This document shows positions 1 to 9,457 of a stretch of 64,000 bases of DNA, piece by piece. A program made the translations under genes and the position numbers. Within the stretch, counting starts at the first letter, position 1; each line of letters begins with the position of its first letter. Under the pieces are notes generated by a model. It was not told where the DNA came from and ran no database searches. It saw only the letters and a program-made list of their open reading frames with translations. Source of the stretch: Spirochaetia bacterium (GTDB taxonomy: Bacteria; Spirochaetota; Spirochaetia; SZUA-6; Bin103); NCBI GenBank assembly GCA_965203055.1, contig OZ241863.1, positions 1,984,001 to 2,048,000 on the forward strand. Direction: 5' to 3'.

Positions 1-2
1 TG

Positions 3-272
3 CGCTACGAGACGCGCAACCCGCGGCTCACCGACTGGCGCTGGAGCTGGGAGGCCGCCGCCGGGCGCTGGCCCGACCAGTATCAACGCGACCGGCTGAC
101 CCAGATCCACGGCAACCACCCCGAGCAGCAGCCGGGGCCCGATCACGGCTACTCCTCCTGGCTGCAGCAGGAGGATGGCGCCATCGTCTTCGTCGACTAC
201 ACCAACCTGGGCGACGACGGCGGCAAGAGCCACCTCGTCGGAGCGCTCATCCGCCCGGAGGAACTGGCCTAG
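3..272 (+). CDS. C-terminal fragment of a probable sialidase/BNR-type beta-propeller protein (gene starts before the window)
   Basis: Frame-3 translation ...DHGYSSWLQQEDGAIVFVDYTN...EELA*, stop TAG 270-272; resembles the last blade of sialidase-fold proteins. Confidence 0.45.
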   Translation, partial: RYETRNPRLTDWRWSWEAAAGRWPDQYQRDRLTQIHGNHPEQQPGPDHGYSSWLQQEDGAIVFVDYTNLGDDGGKSHLVGALIRPEELA

Positions 273-1539
273 TCCGCCACCTGCTGCACCAGAAGCCGCT
301 TGCCCGCCAGCGTCTGGCGCGCCCAAAACAGGTTGTGGTATTGATCGTTGCCCTCCTCCGCCAGTATTGCGTGGGCGGTCGCGCCGCTGCCCCCTCCGCC
401 CGTAATCGTAACGGCGGGCGGTGACGGGTAACCGCTCCCCCGGTTCGTGACCGTCACCGACGTGACCTGGGTTTGCAGCACCGCGCTGCCGGTTGCCGTC
501 CGGGGAGAACCACCGCCCGTCGAGGTCTGAAAGGTCACGGTCGGGGCGGACGTGTAGCCGCTCCCGGGGTTCGCGATCGTCACTCCGGTTACTTTTCGGT
601 ACGCCACCTCCACGCGGGCGGCCGCACCGCTGCCCCCTCCGCCCGAGAACGTAATGGCAGGGGGAGACGTGACGCTGTAGCCGCTCCCCCGGTCCCCCAT
701 GTCATAGGCGAAGACTCGACCGTTCTGTATAAGGATCGTTACGGTTGCCTGGGTGCCGCCTGAGCCGGCCGGCGGAGGGTCGATCGTCGCGATTGGGGGG
801 GAGGTGTAACCGCTCCCCAGGTTCGAGAAAATCGGCCTGGTTACTTCGGCTGTCATCGTCGTCGTTCCGGTCGCCGTGGTGCCGCCGGACGGCGCCGCCC
901 CGAACGTCACGGTTGGACAACACCCGGAGTAGTAATAGCCGCGTTCCGACCCCATCTGCACTCGCGCCACGCCGCCGGGCCCCACCGCGGCGCCGGTTGC
1001 CGCGGTGCCGCCTGCCGGCGGCGCCGCGATCGTCACGGTGGGAACCGAGGTGTAGCCGCTCCCCCGGTTCGTGAGCCTCACCGACTCCACGAAGCCCAGG
1101 TTTTCGGTCTGATCCGGAGCGGTGAGCACCAGCGCCACCGCGCCCGCCCGAACCTCGGCGGCAACCGTCCACTCCGCGCCGGAGATGTCGGACGCGAAGA
1201 CCGGTTTGGCGCTCGTGCTCGTGAACGGCAAATCGTGTCCGCCAATCGAAACGCTCACTTTGGCGCCGGCGGTGATCGGCTCCCACTCATACGGCGCGGA
1301 ACGGTTGGACACTTCGCCCATCAGGTCCAGTTCGTCATTACCAAAGTCGGTCGCGCCGATCGTCCAGCTCTTCTCGATCTTCTCCGCCGGCTGCGGAGTG
1401 GGCGTCGGCTCACTCGGAGGCTTCCCCCCCCCCCCCCCCGGGCGGCGGTCATGGCGGGCGGCCGCGCCGCCGGCTCGCACGCCATCAGCGCGGCGATACC
1501 GGCCGCCAGCAACAGCGACAACAACGATGCTCTACTCAC
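269..1539 (-). CDS. Surface lipoprotein with GSGY(T/S)xPTVTI-GGGGSGA repeats, frameshifted at a G16 tract
   Basis: ORF at 1539 has an RBS (GGAGG) and a lipobox-like signal MSRASLLSLLLAAGIAALMAC; the repeat body is in another frame (269..1480); the frames join at C16 1424-1439. Confidence 0.7.
1424..1439 (-). repeat. Homopolymer G16 (C16 on +), candidate slippage tract
   Basis: 16 consecutive C at 1424-1439; G14 or G17 restores the frame. Confidence 0.9.
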
Positions 1540-1672
1540 AGGTCCCCTCCTGGCCGCGGCAGGGTAGCACGCGCTCCCCGCTTTACCAACCGTCGGCGCG
1601 CGCGCGGCGCGGCGTCTTGGCCGGTTCGGCGGGACTGCTCATGCGGCGCGCGGCGCGGTATCCTTGGCCGGT

Positions 1673-2209
1673 ATGACGCTGCGCGAGTTGTTCGCGGCGG
1701 TGGACGCCGCGCGCGTGCCGCTGCTGATCGGGATGGGGGCGGTGGTGGCGCTGTCCGGCCTGCTGGGCCTGGCGCACGGCCGCGGCAACGGCGGCCGTGC
1801 GCCGTGGCGCTACCTGTACGCGGTCCTGGTGTACGCCGCCTGCGGGCCCGGCATCTTCGCCGCGGTGGCGGTGATCTACGCCCTGCTGTTCTCCGGCGAG
1901 AACCTGCTCGACCTCAACGCCGCGGTCTACGTAGCGCCGATCGCGTCGATGGTCCTGACCCTGGGACTGATGCGCCGCAACGTCGACTTCGACGAGGTGC
2001 CGGGATTCCAGCGCATTACCGGTCTGATGACCATGATCGGCGTGACCTTCGCCATCGCGCTGGTGCTGCGCAGCCTGCGCGTCTGGCTGTTCTTCAGCGC
2101 CTCGCTGGTGTGGTTCCTGGTGTTGGCCGCGGCCCTGTTCGTGCTGCTCAAGTGGGGCGGCCGGCTGCTGTTCGGGCGGCGCGGGTCACGCGGCGCGCGG
2201 AACCGGTAG
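1673..2209 (+). CDS. Integral membrane protein, unknown function
   Basis: About 5 hydrophobic segments; ATG 1673 lies 8 nt after a TATCCT -10-like box. Confidence 0.75.
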   Translation: MTLRELFAAVDAARVPLLIGMGAVVALSGLLGLAHGRGNGGRAPWRYLYAVLVYAACGPGIFAAVAVIYALLFSGENLLDLNAAVYVAPIASMVLTLGLMRRNVDFDEVPGFQRITGLMTMIGVTFAIALVLRSLRVWLFFSASLVWFLVLAAALFVLLKWGGRLLFGRRGSRGARNR

Positions 2210-2248
2210 GCTGACCGCGAACGACCAGGCCGGCCGGCGGCGCGGCGT

Positions 2249-2277
2249 TTGACGCCGCGCCGCCGCGGGTCCATGCT
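2249..2277 (+). promoter_or_regulatory. Sigma70-like promoter TTGACG-17-CATGCT, probably leaderless into ATG 2285
   Basis: Hexamers at 2249-2254 and 2272-2277, 17-nt spacer. Confidence 0.5.
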
Positions 2278-2284
2278 GCGGCGG

Positions 2285-3355
2285 ATGTCTTCAGACGCTG
2301 ACGCACTGCGGGTGGCGATGGCCGGCTGCCATCGCTCGGTGACGCCGCAACCCGGTTCCCACAACTGGGCGGCCGGGTTGGCGCAGGCGGCGGAGGCGCG
2401 GGTGGTGGCGGTGTACGACCGCGGCGCCGACACGCGCGCGCAGTTCCGCGCCGCTTGGCGGGACACCTGGGGCGAAGTCGCGGCCTACGACGACTATCAG
2501 CGGATGCTCGACGAGGCGCGCCCCGACGTCGTGTGCATCGCCACCCGCCAGACCCATCACGCCGATCAGATCATCCGCGCCGCGGCCGCGGGGGTGCGCG
2601 GCATCCTGTGCGACAAGCCATTCGCCACCACCCTGGCGGAGGCGGATGCCGCTCTCGACGCCTGCCGCCGCGCCGGGGTGGCCATCGCCTACGGCACCGA
2701 GTGGCGCTGGAGCGAGGAATACCGCTGGCTGGCGCGACAGGTGCGGGACGGAATCGTCGGCCAGGTGCAGGCGATCCTCGCCTGTGGGCTGCCCAACCTG
2801 ATCTTCCACGGCTGCCACTGGTACGACATCGCCCTGCTGCTGGCCGGCGATCCGGAACCGACGTGGGTCAGCGGCCGGGTGAATGAGGCGGACCCGCAGG
2901 AGCGTGACGAGGGGCGCCGCCTTGACCCGCCGGGCCGCGCCTGGGTGGGGCTGGACAACGGCGCCGCGCTCGCCCTGCTGCCGGAGGGCGGCGGGCGCGG
3001 CTTCACCGTCCTGGGCCGCGGCGGCCGGCTGGAGATCGTCAACGACGCCCGCCAGGCGTACCTGTGGGAGGGGCGCTCCGGCGCCCCCGGCGGCGATCAC
3101 CTGGCCGCGGCGCCGGAGGTCCTGGAGTTGCCGCGGCCGGCGGGGCCGTGGCCGCGCGGCGCGGCGCTCGTGCGCGATCTGATGCAGGCGGTGCGCGCCG
3201 GGACTCGCACCCAGTGCGACGTGCCGCAGATTCGGCGCGCCACCGAGATCGGCTTCGCAGTGCACGAGTCGAGCGCCGCCGGCGGGGCGACCGTTCCCCT
3301 GCCCGTTGCCCGCCGCACGCGGCGCATCGATCCGCGCGCGTGGGGCAACGACTGA
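2285..3355 (+). CDS. Gfo/Idh/MocA family oxidoreductase
   Basis: Rossmann-like N-terminus LRVAMAGC, PDVVCIAT, ILCDKPFA motif, HGCHWYD. Confidence 0.9.
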   Translation: MSSDADALRVAMAGCHRSVTPQPGSHNWAAGLAQAAEARVVAVYDRGADTRAQFRAAWRDTWGEVAAYDDYQRMLDEARPDVVCIATRQTHHADQIIRAAAAGVRGILCDKPFATTLAEADAALDACRRAGVAIAYGTEWRWSEEYRWLARQVRDGIVGQVQAILACGLPNLIFHGCHWYDIALLLAGDPEPTWVSGRVNEADPQERDEGRRLDPPGRAWVGLDNGAALALLPEGGGRGFTVLGRGGRLEIVNDARQAYLWEGRSGAPGGDHLAAAPEVLELPRPAGPWPRGAALVRDLMQAVRAGTRTQCDVPQIRRATEIGFAVHESSAAGGATVPLPVARRTRRIDPRAWGND

Positions 3356-3383
3356 CCTGAGGTCAGGCCGGTCCGCTCCGCGC

Positions 3384-4631
3384 GTGGCCCTCCCCTACCA
3401 CCGTGCCCTGCGGCTGGCGCTGGACGCGGCCGCCCCCCCGGACGCGGAGACGGTGCCGCTGAGCGAAGCGGTGGGGCGCGTCACCGCCCGCCCCGTGCGC
3501 AGCGCCGAGCTGTCGCCCAACGCCGACTTGGCGGCCATGGACGGCTACGCGGTGCGCGCCGCCGACCTGCGCCGCGCCGGCGCTGATGCCCTCCTCCGGC
3601 TCACCGTGGCCGGCGCCGCGGCGGCCGGCGATCCGCCGCCGGCGCAGTCGTTCGCCGCCGTGGTCGGCGCCGGCAGCGCGGTGCGAATCGCCACCGGCGC
3701 CCTGCTGCCCGCCGGCTGCGACAGCGTGGTGCCGCTGGAGGAAGTGGTCGAGGTGGAGCGCGGCGCCGCGGTCACGCTCACCGCCCCGGTAGCCGCCGGC
3801 GCCAACGTGCGCCGCGCGGGCGAGGATCACCGTCCCGGCGACCTGGCGCTGGACGCCGGGCAGCGCATCGGCCCGCCCCACGTGCTGCTGCTGGCCAACC
3901 TCGGCTGCGCCCGGCTGCAGGTGGCGCGCCGGCCGCGGGTGACGGTGCTCGCCACCGGCAGCGAGCTGGTCGCCGACCTCACGGCGCCGCTGCGCCCGGG
4001 GCAGGTGCGCAACTCCAACGCGCGCTACCTGCTGGCCGCGGCCGCGGCGCTCGGCTGCGCGCCGCACGCGGCCGCGGTGGTTCCCGATCACCCGCAGGAG
4101 CTGCGCGGCGCGCTGCGGCGGGCGCTGGACGCGGCGCCGCCGCCCGATCTGATCGTAACCATCGGCGGCATCTCGCGCGGCGCCGCCGACTTCGTCCCCG
4201 CGGCGCTGGACGCGCTCGGCGCCGACTACCTGTTCCGCGGCGTGGCGCTGCGCCCCGGCCGGCCGGTGCTGTGCGCGCGCCTGCCGGAGCGCGCGACCCC
4301 GCTGTTCGGCCTGCCCGGCAACCCGCTCGCGGTACTGGCCACGTTCCGGACGCTGGTCGCGCCCTGCCTGCGGGCGCTGCAGGGGCTGCCGCCGGCCGCG
4401 CCGGCGGAGGCGGTGCTCGGCGCCCCGGTCCTCGGGCGCCCGCCGCTGACCCGGCTGGTATTGGCGCGCGGCGCGCGCCCGCCCGGCGGCGGCCCGGAGC
4501 GGGTGGTGCCGGCGGGCGGCCAGAAGGCGTCGCAGGTCGGCGCGCTGCGCCGCGCGGATCGCTGGCTGGTGGTGCCGCCCGATGCCGCGCAGTTGCAGGA
4601 AGGGGCCGCGGTCGCCACCCTGCCCCTGTAG
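3384..4631 (+). CDS. moeA: Molybdopterin molybdenumtransferase (gephyrin-like); start uncertain
   Basis: AAMDGYAV, RIATGA, NVRRAGED, ATGSEL, RNSN, GGISRG, LRPGRP, GLPGNP motifs. Confidence 0.92.
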   Translation: MALPYHRALRLALDAAAPPDAETVPLSEAVGRVTARPVRSAELSPNADLAAMDGYAVRAADLRRAGADALLRLTVAGAAAAGDPPPAQSFAAVVGAGSAVRIATGALLPAGCDSVVPLEEVVEVERGAAVTLTAPVAAGANVRRAGEDHRPGDLALDAGQRIGPPHVLLLANLGCARLQVARRPRVTVLATGSELVADLTAPLRPGQVRNSNARYLLAAAAALGCAPHAAAVVPDHPQELRGALRRALDAAPPPDLIVTIGGISRGAADFVPAALDALGADYLFRGVALRPGRPVLCARLPERATPLFGLPGNPLAVLATFRTLVAPCLRALQGLPPAAPAEAVLGAPVLGRPPLTRLVLARGARPPGGGPERVVPAGGQKASQVGALRRADRWLVVPPDAAQLQEGAAVATLPL

Positions 4632-4665
4632 CGCGCGCGGCGCCGCGCGCCACGGGAGGAACAGA

Positions 4666-6756
4666 GTGCTGGGAACGGAAATCCGTCCGGGGCAGCCGCT
4701 GCCGGTGGCGGCGGAGGAGCGTTGCGAGCTGGGCGACGGGCTGTCGGGGACCGCCTTCCTGGTCGACTGGAACGCCGATGGCGGGCGCGACCTCCTCTAT
4801 TCGCTGCTGCCCAACATGCATGGCGGCGGCGTCTACCTGTACCGCGAGCGGCAGGACGCGGCGCGCGCCGCGGTGCCGCTCTACCACCCGCCGCAGCCGG
4901 TCGCCGGGGTGACCGGCTACCACGCCATGCCGCTCATCGACGGCCGCGGCGAGCTGTCCCTGCTCACCTACGGCAACCCCACCCGCGCGGCGCAACGGGA
5001 GCCCGATCCCGGCTGGCTCAAGCTGTACCGCAACCGCGGGCCGCGCGCCGCGCCGCGCTTCGCCGCTCCGGCGCAGCGCGTCCCGGTGGACGGCCGGGCG
5101 CTGGCCGAGGTGTTCGCCGCCGCCGACCTGTGGAACTTCAGCCCGTACCACGCCGCGGGCGTCACCCACCTGGTCATCTCCTGCCTCTACCGCTACCTGC
5201 AGGGGTACTGGCCGGATGCCCGCGGCACCGACCTGCGCGACTACCCCAACCTGGGCGCCGGGCGCGGCTACCGCCCCGACGGCGCCTGGATGGGCGCCAT
5301 GCCGACCACCCGGGTGTTCCTGCTGCGCAACACCGGCAGCAACGCGGCGCCGCGTTTCGGCCCGCCCGAGCTGCTGGCCGAATATCGGTCGTGGGACGGG
5401 CGCACCGACGCCGCGCTGGTGGACGTGGACCGCGACGGCGCCCTGGAACTGCTGGTGCGCCGCGACGTGGACCGGCTGTTCGCCCTGCGCCTGGCGCCGG
5501 CCGCCGCGCCCGGCGCGGAGCTGCCGCGCCTGCGGGCCGCGCAGGGCGCCGGCAGCGCCTGGGAGCTGCTCTGCAGCCCGCTGCGGCGCGGCTACTTCGA
5601 GACCTCGCTGTGCTGCTGCGACCTCGACGCCGACGGCGAAGAGGAGATCCTCATCACCGGCAACCCGGGGGTGGTCATCTGGCTCGACCATGCCGCCGGG
5701 GAATGGCGCGAGCGCCCGCCGTTGCAGCGGGTCGGCGGCGCCGCCCGCGTCGAGACGCTGGCGGTGCCCTGCCTGGCGCCGCTGGGGGGCGGCGGCGCGC
5801 CGGACCTGGTGGCCGGCGACTCCTCCGGCTACCTGTGGCGGTTCGCCAATCGCGCGCCGGGGCCGGGAGCGTTCGACTTCGCGGCCGGCGTCCGGCTCCG
5901 CGCCGGCGGCCGCGAGCTGCATCATCTCGCCGGAGCGACCGGCTCCATCCAGGGGCCGAACGAAGCGCGCTGGGGCTACCTGAACCCGCTGCTCACCGAT
6001 TGGGACGGCGACGGGCTGATCGACGTCATCACCAACGACATCCGCGGCCGCTACTTGTGGTACCGCAACGTGGGCCGCCGGGAGGAGCCGCGCTTCGCCG
6101 CCGCGGCAGCGCTGCGCTGCGGCGAGTCTCCGCTCACCGGCGCCTGGCGCTCGCGCCCCGCGGCGTGGGGCGACGGCGGCCTGCTGCTGCTCAACGGCGA
6201 CGGCTGCCTGCAGCTCTTCCGGCGCGCCGGGTCCGACCCCGCGCGCCTCGAGGCGGGACCGCTCCTGCGCTACCTGGACGGCAACCTGGTGCGCGGCTGC
6301 GGTCCCGGCGGCCTGTGGGGGCGCACCGCCCTGTGCGGCTGCGACTGGGACCTGGACGGCGCCCGCGACCTGGTGGCCGGAAGCTCGTGGATCAATTCGC
6401 GCGTCATCAACGGCCACTTTCCCGCGGCCGCGACCCCGTTCTGGCTGCGCAACGCCGGCAGCGACGCCGAACCGGTGTTCGAGCGGCCGCGCCTGATCAC
6501 GCAGGCGGACGGCGCGATCATCGATCTGGCGTCCCACAAGTGCGCGCCGTGGTGCCACGATCTCGACGGCGACGGCGCTCCCGACCTGATCTGCGGCGCC
6601 GAAGACGGCAAGGTGTACGCCTGGCGCCGCGCCGACCTGCGCTGGGACTGGGACCCGGCCACCCACTTCGCGGCCGAGCCGGTGACCACCACCTCCGGGT
6701 ATGGCGTGGTGATCGCGGTCGATCCCGGCCGCGGCGCCCCGCCGGCGCCCGGCTAG
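4666..6756 (+). CDS. FG-GAP/VCBS repeat beta-propeller protein
   Basis: Repeated DWNADGGRDL, DVDRDGALEL, DLDADGEEEI, DWDGDGLIDV, DWDLDGARDL, DLDGDGAPDL; RBS GGGAGG before GTG 4666. Confidence 0.85.
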   Translation: MLGTEIRPGQPLPVAAEERCELGDGLSGTAFLVDWNADGGRDLLYSLLPNMHGGGVYLYRERQDAARAAVPLYHPPQPVAGVTGYHAMPLIDGRGELSLLTYGNPTRAAQREPDPGWLKLYRNRGPRAAPRFAAPAQRVPVDGRALAEVFAAADLWNFSPYHAAGVTHLVISCLYRYLQGYWPDARGTDLRDYPNLGAGRGYRPDGAWMGAMPTTRVFLLRNTGSNAAPRFGPPELLAEYRSWDGRTDAALVDVDRDGALELLVRRDVDRLFALRLAPAAAPGAELPRLRAAQGAGSAWELLCSPLRRGYFETSLCCCDLDADGEEEILITGNPGVVIWLDHAAGEWRERPPLQRVGGAARVETLAVPCLAPLGGGGAPDLVAGDSSGYLWRFANRAPGPGAFDFAAGVRLRAGGRELHHLAGATGSIQGPNEARWGYLNPLLTDWDGDGLIDVITNDIRGRYLWYRNVGRREEPRFAAAAALRCGESPLTGAWRSRPAAWGDGGLLLLNGDGCLQLFRRAGSDPARLEAGPLLRYLDGNLVRGCGPGGLWGRTALCGCDWDLDGARDLVAGSSWINSRVINGHFPAAATPFWLRNAGSDAEPVFERPRLITQADGAIIDLASHKCAPWCHDLDGDGAPDLICGAEDGKVYAWRRADLRWDWDPATHFAAEPVTTTSGYGVVIAVDPGRGAPPAPG

Positions 6757-6865
6757 CGGCGCCCGGCGCGGCGGGCAGGCGGTTGCAGGAATCGGGCTTT
6801 TTCGCAAAGCTCAGTCGCGGCGGGCGGCGCGCCGCCCGCTACCAATACAGGGAGGCGATCAAACG

Positions 6866-7852
6866 ATGAAGCGCTTACTAGGAGCAGCAGGCATCGCCCT
6901 GCTGGCGGCCGCGGCCGGCGTGGCCCAGATCAAGCCCGCCGTGGTGTTCGACATGGGGGGCAAGTTCGACAAGTCGTTCAACGAAGGGATCTACAACGGC
7001 GTCGAGAAGTTTCGCGCGGAAACCGGAATCGGCTACGCCGAGTTCGAAGTGGCCAACGAGGCGCAGCGCGAGCAGGCGCTGCGCAACTTCGCGCGGCGCG
7101 GCTACGATCCGATCATCGCCGTGGGCTTCGGCCAGGCGCCGGCGCTGGAGAAGGTGGCCGCCGAATACCCGGACACCAGCTTCTCGATCATCGACATGGT
7201 GGTGGACCTGCCCAACGTGCAGTCGATCGTGTTCAAGGAACATGAAGGCTCGTTCCTGGTCGGCATCATCGCCGCGCTGGCCTCGGAAACCGGCCGGGTC
7301 GGCTTCGTCGGCGGCATGGACATCCCGCTGATCCGCAAGTTCGCGTGCGGCTACGAGCAGGGAGTCAAGCACGTCAACCCCGGCGCCGAGGTGTATCAGA
7401 ACATGACCGGCACCACGCCGGCGGCGTGGAACGATCCGGTGAAGGGCGCCGAGCTGGCCAAGTCGCAGTTCGACCGCGGGGCGGACGTGGTGTTCGCGGC
7501 GGCCGGCGGCACCGGCCTCGGCGTACTGCAGGCGGCCGCGGACGACGGCAAGCTGTCGATCGGGGTGGACTCCAACCAGAACTACCTGCATCCGGGATCG
7601 GTGCTGACCTCGATGCTGAAGCGCGTCGACGTGGCCGCCTACGAGGTGTACCAGACCGCCAGGGACGGCACCTGGAGCCCCGGCATCCGCAACCTGGGGC
7701 TGGCCGAGGATGGCGTCGGCTGGGCGCTGGACGAGCACAACGAGGCGCTGATCAGCTCGCAGATGGCGGAGCAGGTGGACGCCGCGCGCGCGGCGATCGT
7801 CGCCGGCGAGCTGGCGGTGCACGACTACATGGCCACCAACTCCTGTCCGTAG
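6866..7852 (+). CDS. BMP family (nucleoside/purine) ABC substrate-binding protein
   Basis: Signal peptide, DKSFNE, FKEHEGSFLVG, GVDSNQ, SMLKRVD; RBS GGAGG. Confidence 0.93.
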   Translation: MKRLLGAAGIALLAAAAGVAQIKPAVVFDMGGKFDKSFNEGIYNGVEKFRAETGIGYAEFEVANEAQREQALRNFARRGYDPIIAVGFGQAPALEKVAAEYPDTSFSIIDMVVDLPNVQSIVFKEHEGSFLVGIIAALASETGRVGFVGGMDIPLIRKFACGYEQGVKHVNPGAEVYQNMTGTTPAAWNDPVKGAELAKSQFDRGADVVFAAAGGTGLGVLQAAADDGKLSIGVDSNQNYLHPGSVLTSMLKRVDVAAYEVYQTARDGTWSPGIRNLGLAEDGVGWALDEHNEALISSQMAEQVDAARAAIVAGELAVHDYMATNSCP

Positions 7853-9456
7853 CGGGGCCTGCCGCCGCGGCCGCCGGGCCGCGCAGCGCGGTTGCGCTGC
7901 GCGGCATCGACAAGCGGTTCGGGGCGGTGCGCGCCAACCGGGAGGTGTCGCTGGAGGTGGCGAAGGGGTCGATCCACGGCATCATCGGTGAGAACGGCGC
8001 CGGCAAGTCGACCTTGATGAGCATCCTGTACGGCTTCTACCGGGCCGATTCCGGGAGCATCGAGGTGGACGGCCGCGCCGTGGAGATCACCAGTCCGGCG
8101 GCCGCCATCGCCGCCGGCATCGGCATGGTGCACCAGCACTTCATGCTGGTCGAGCCGCTCACCGTGCTGGAAAACGTGCTGCTCGGCGCCGAACAGGGGC
8201 CGCTGCTGCGCCGCGGCCTGCGCCGGGCGCGCGCCGAGCTGGAGCGCCTGGAGCGGGAGTACGGGCTGGAAGTGGAGGTGGACGCGCGGGTCGGGGAGCT
8301 GCCGGTGGGCCTGCAGCAGCGGGTGGAGATCCTCAAGGCCCTGTACCGCGGCGCCGAGACCCTGATCCTGGATGAGCCGACCGGGGTGCTGACCCCGCAG
8401 GAGGCGGACGAACTGTTTCGCATCCTGGCGGCGCTCAAGGCGCAGGGCCGGACCATGATCCTGATCACTCACAAGCTGCGCGAGATCATGGCGATCACCG
8501 ACCGCGTCACGGTGATGCGGCGCGGCGCGGTGGTGGCCAACGTCGCCACCGCCGACACCTCGCGCGAACATCTGGCGGAGCTGATGGTGGGGCGCAAGGT
8601 GTTGCTGCGGGTGCGGAAGCGGCCGGCGCGGCCGGGCGCGGTGCTGCTCCGGGCGGAGCATCTCGACTACACCGACGCCGCCGGCGTGCGCCGCGTCCGC
8701 GACCTGAGCCTGACCGTGCGCCGCGGCGAGATCGTCGGCATCGCCGGCGTGGCCGGCAACGGCCAGTCGGAGCTGCTGGCCCTGCTGGCCGGCATCGCGC
8801 GGCCCGCCGGCGGCGCGCTGACGGTGAACGGCGCGGCGCTGTACCCGCCCGCCGCCGAAGCCGCCCCCGCCGCCGAAGCGGGCGCCTCCCCCGGCCGCGG
8901 CGCGGTGGACGCGCGCCGAGTGCGCCACGCCGGCCTGGGGCACGTACCGGAAGACCGCCAGCGCATGGGGCTGGTCACCAGCTTCGCGGCCTACGAGTCG
9001 TCGATCCTGGGCTATCACGACGAGCGCGCCTACAACGGCCCGCTGCTGATGCACCGGCGCCGCATCGTCGCCTCCTCCCAACGGCAGATGAACGAATTCG
9101 ACGTGCGCCCGGCGGACCCGCTGCTGCGCTGCGCCGGCTTCTCCGGCGGCAACCAGCAGAAGATCATCGTCGCCCGCGAGCTGGACCGCGACCCGGACGT
9201 GCTGCTGATCGGCCAGCCCACGCGCGGCCTCGACATCGGCGCCATCGAGTTCATCCACCGCCGCCTGATCGCGCTGCGCGACCAGGGCAAGGGAATCCTG
9301 CTGGTGTCGGTGGAACTGGACGAGATCATGTCGCTGAGCGACCGCATCCTGGTGCTGTTCGACGGCGCGATTGCCGGCGAGGTGGCCGGCGCGGAAGCGA
9401 CGGAACAGACCCTGGGCGCGCTGATGGCCGGGGTCGGGGCAGCCGGGGCGGCCTGA
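7843..9456 (+). CDS. Nucleoside ABC transporter ATP-binding protein (double NBD); start uncertain
   Basis: GENGAGKST, LILDEPT, FSGGNQQK, QPTRGLD; domain homology starts about 7890. Confidence 0.92.
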   Translation: MSVAGPAAAAAGPRSAVALRGIDKRFGAVRANREVSLEVAKGSIHGIIGENGAGKSTLMSILYGFYRADSGSIEVDGRAVEITSPAAAIAAGIGMVHQHFMLVEPLTVLENVLLGAEQGPLLRRGLRRARAELERLEREYGLEVEVDARVGELPVGLQQRVEILKALYRGAETLILDEPTGVLTPQEADELFRILAALKAQGRTMILITHKLREIMAITDRVTVMRRGAVVANVATADTSREHLAELMVGRKVLLRVRKRPARPGAVLLRAEHLDYTDAAGVRRVRDLSLTVRRGEIVGIAGVAGNGQSELLALLAGIARPAGGALTVNGAALYPPAAEAAPAAEAGASPGRGAVDARRVRHAGLGHVPEDRQRMGLVTSFAAYESSILGYHDERAYNGPLLMHRRRIVASSQRQMNEFDVRPADPLLRCAGFSGGNQQKIIVARELDRDPDVLLIGQPTRGLDIGAIEFIHRRLIALRDQGKGILLVSVELDEIMSLSDRILVLFDGAIAGEVAGAEATEQTLGALMAGVGAAGAA

Positions 9457-9457
9457 G

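Noticed and set aside
3979..6807. 942-aa minus-strand ORF and similar long antisense ORFs (14946..18230, 42010..45927, 47261..50977)
   Set aside because: Shadow frames of well-supported genes in very GC-rich DNA; no recognisable motifs
7345..7842. N-terminal extension of the ABC ATPase ORF
   Set aside because: Overlaps the BMP gene out of frame and is Arg/Gly-rich noise
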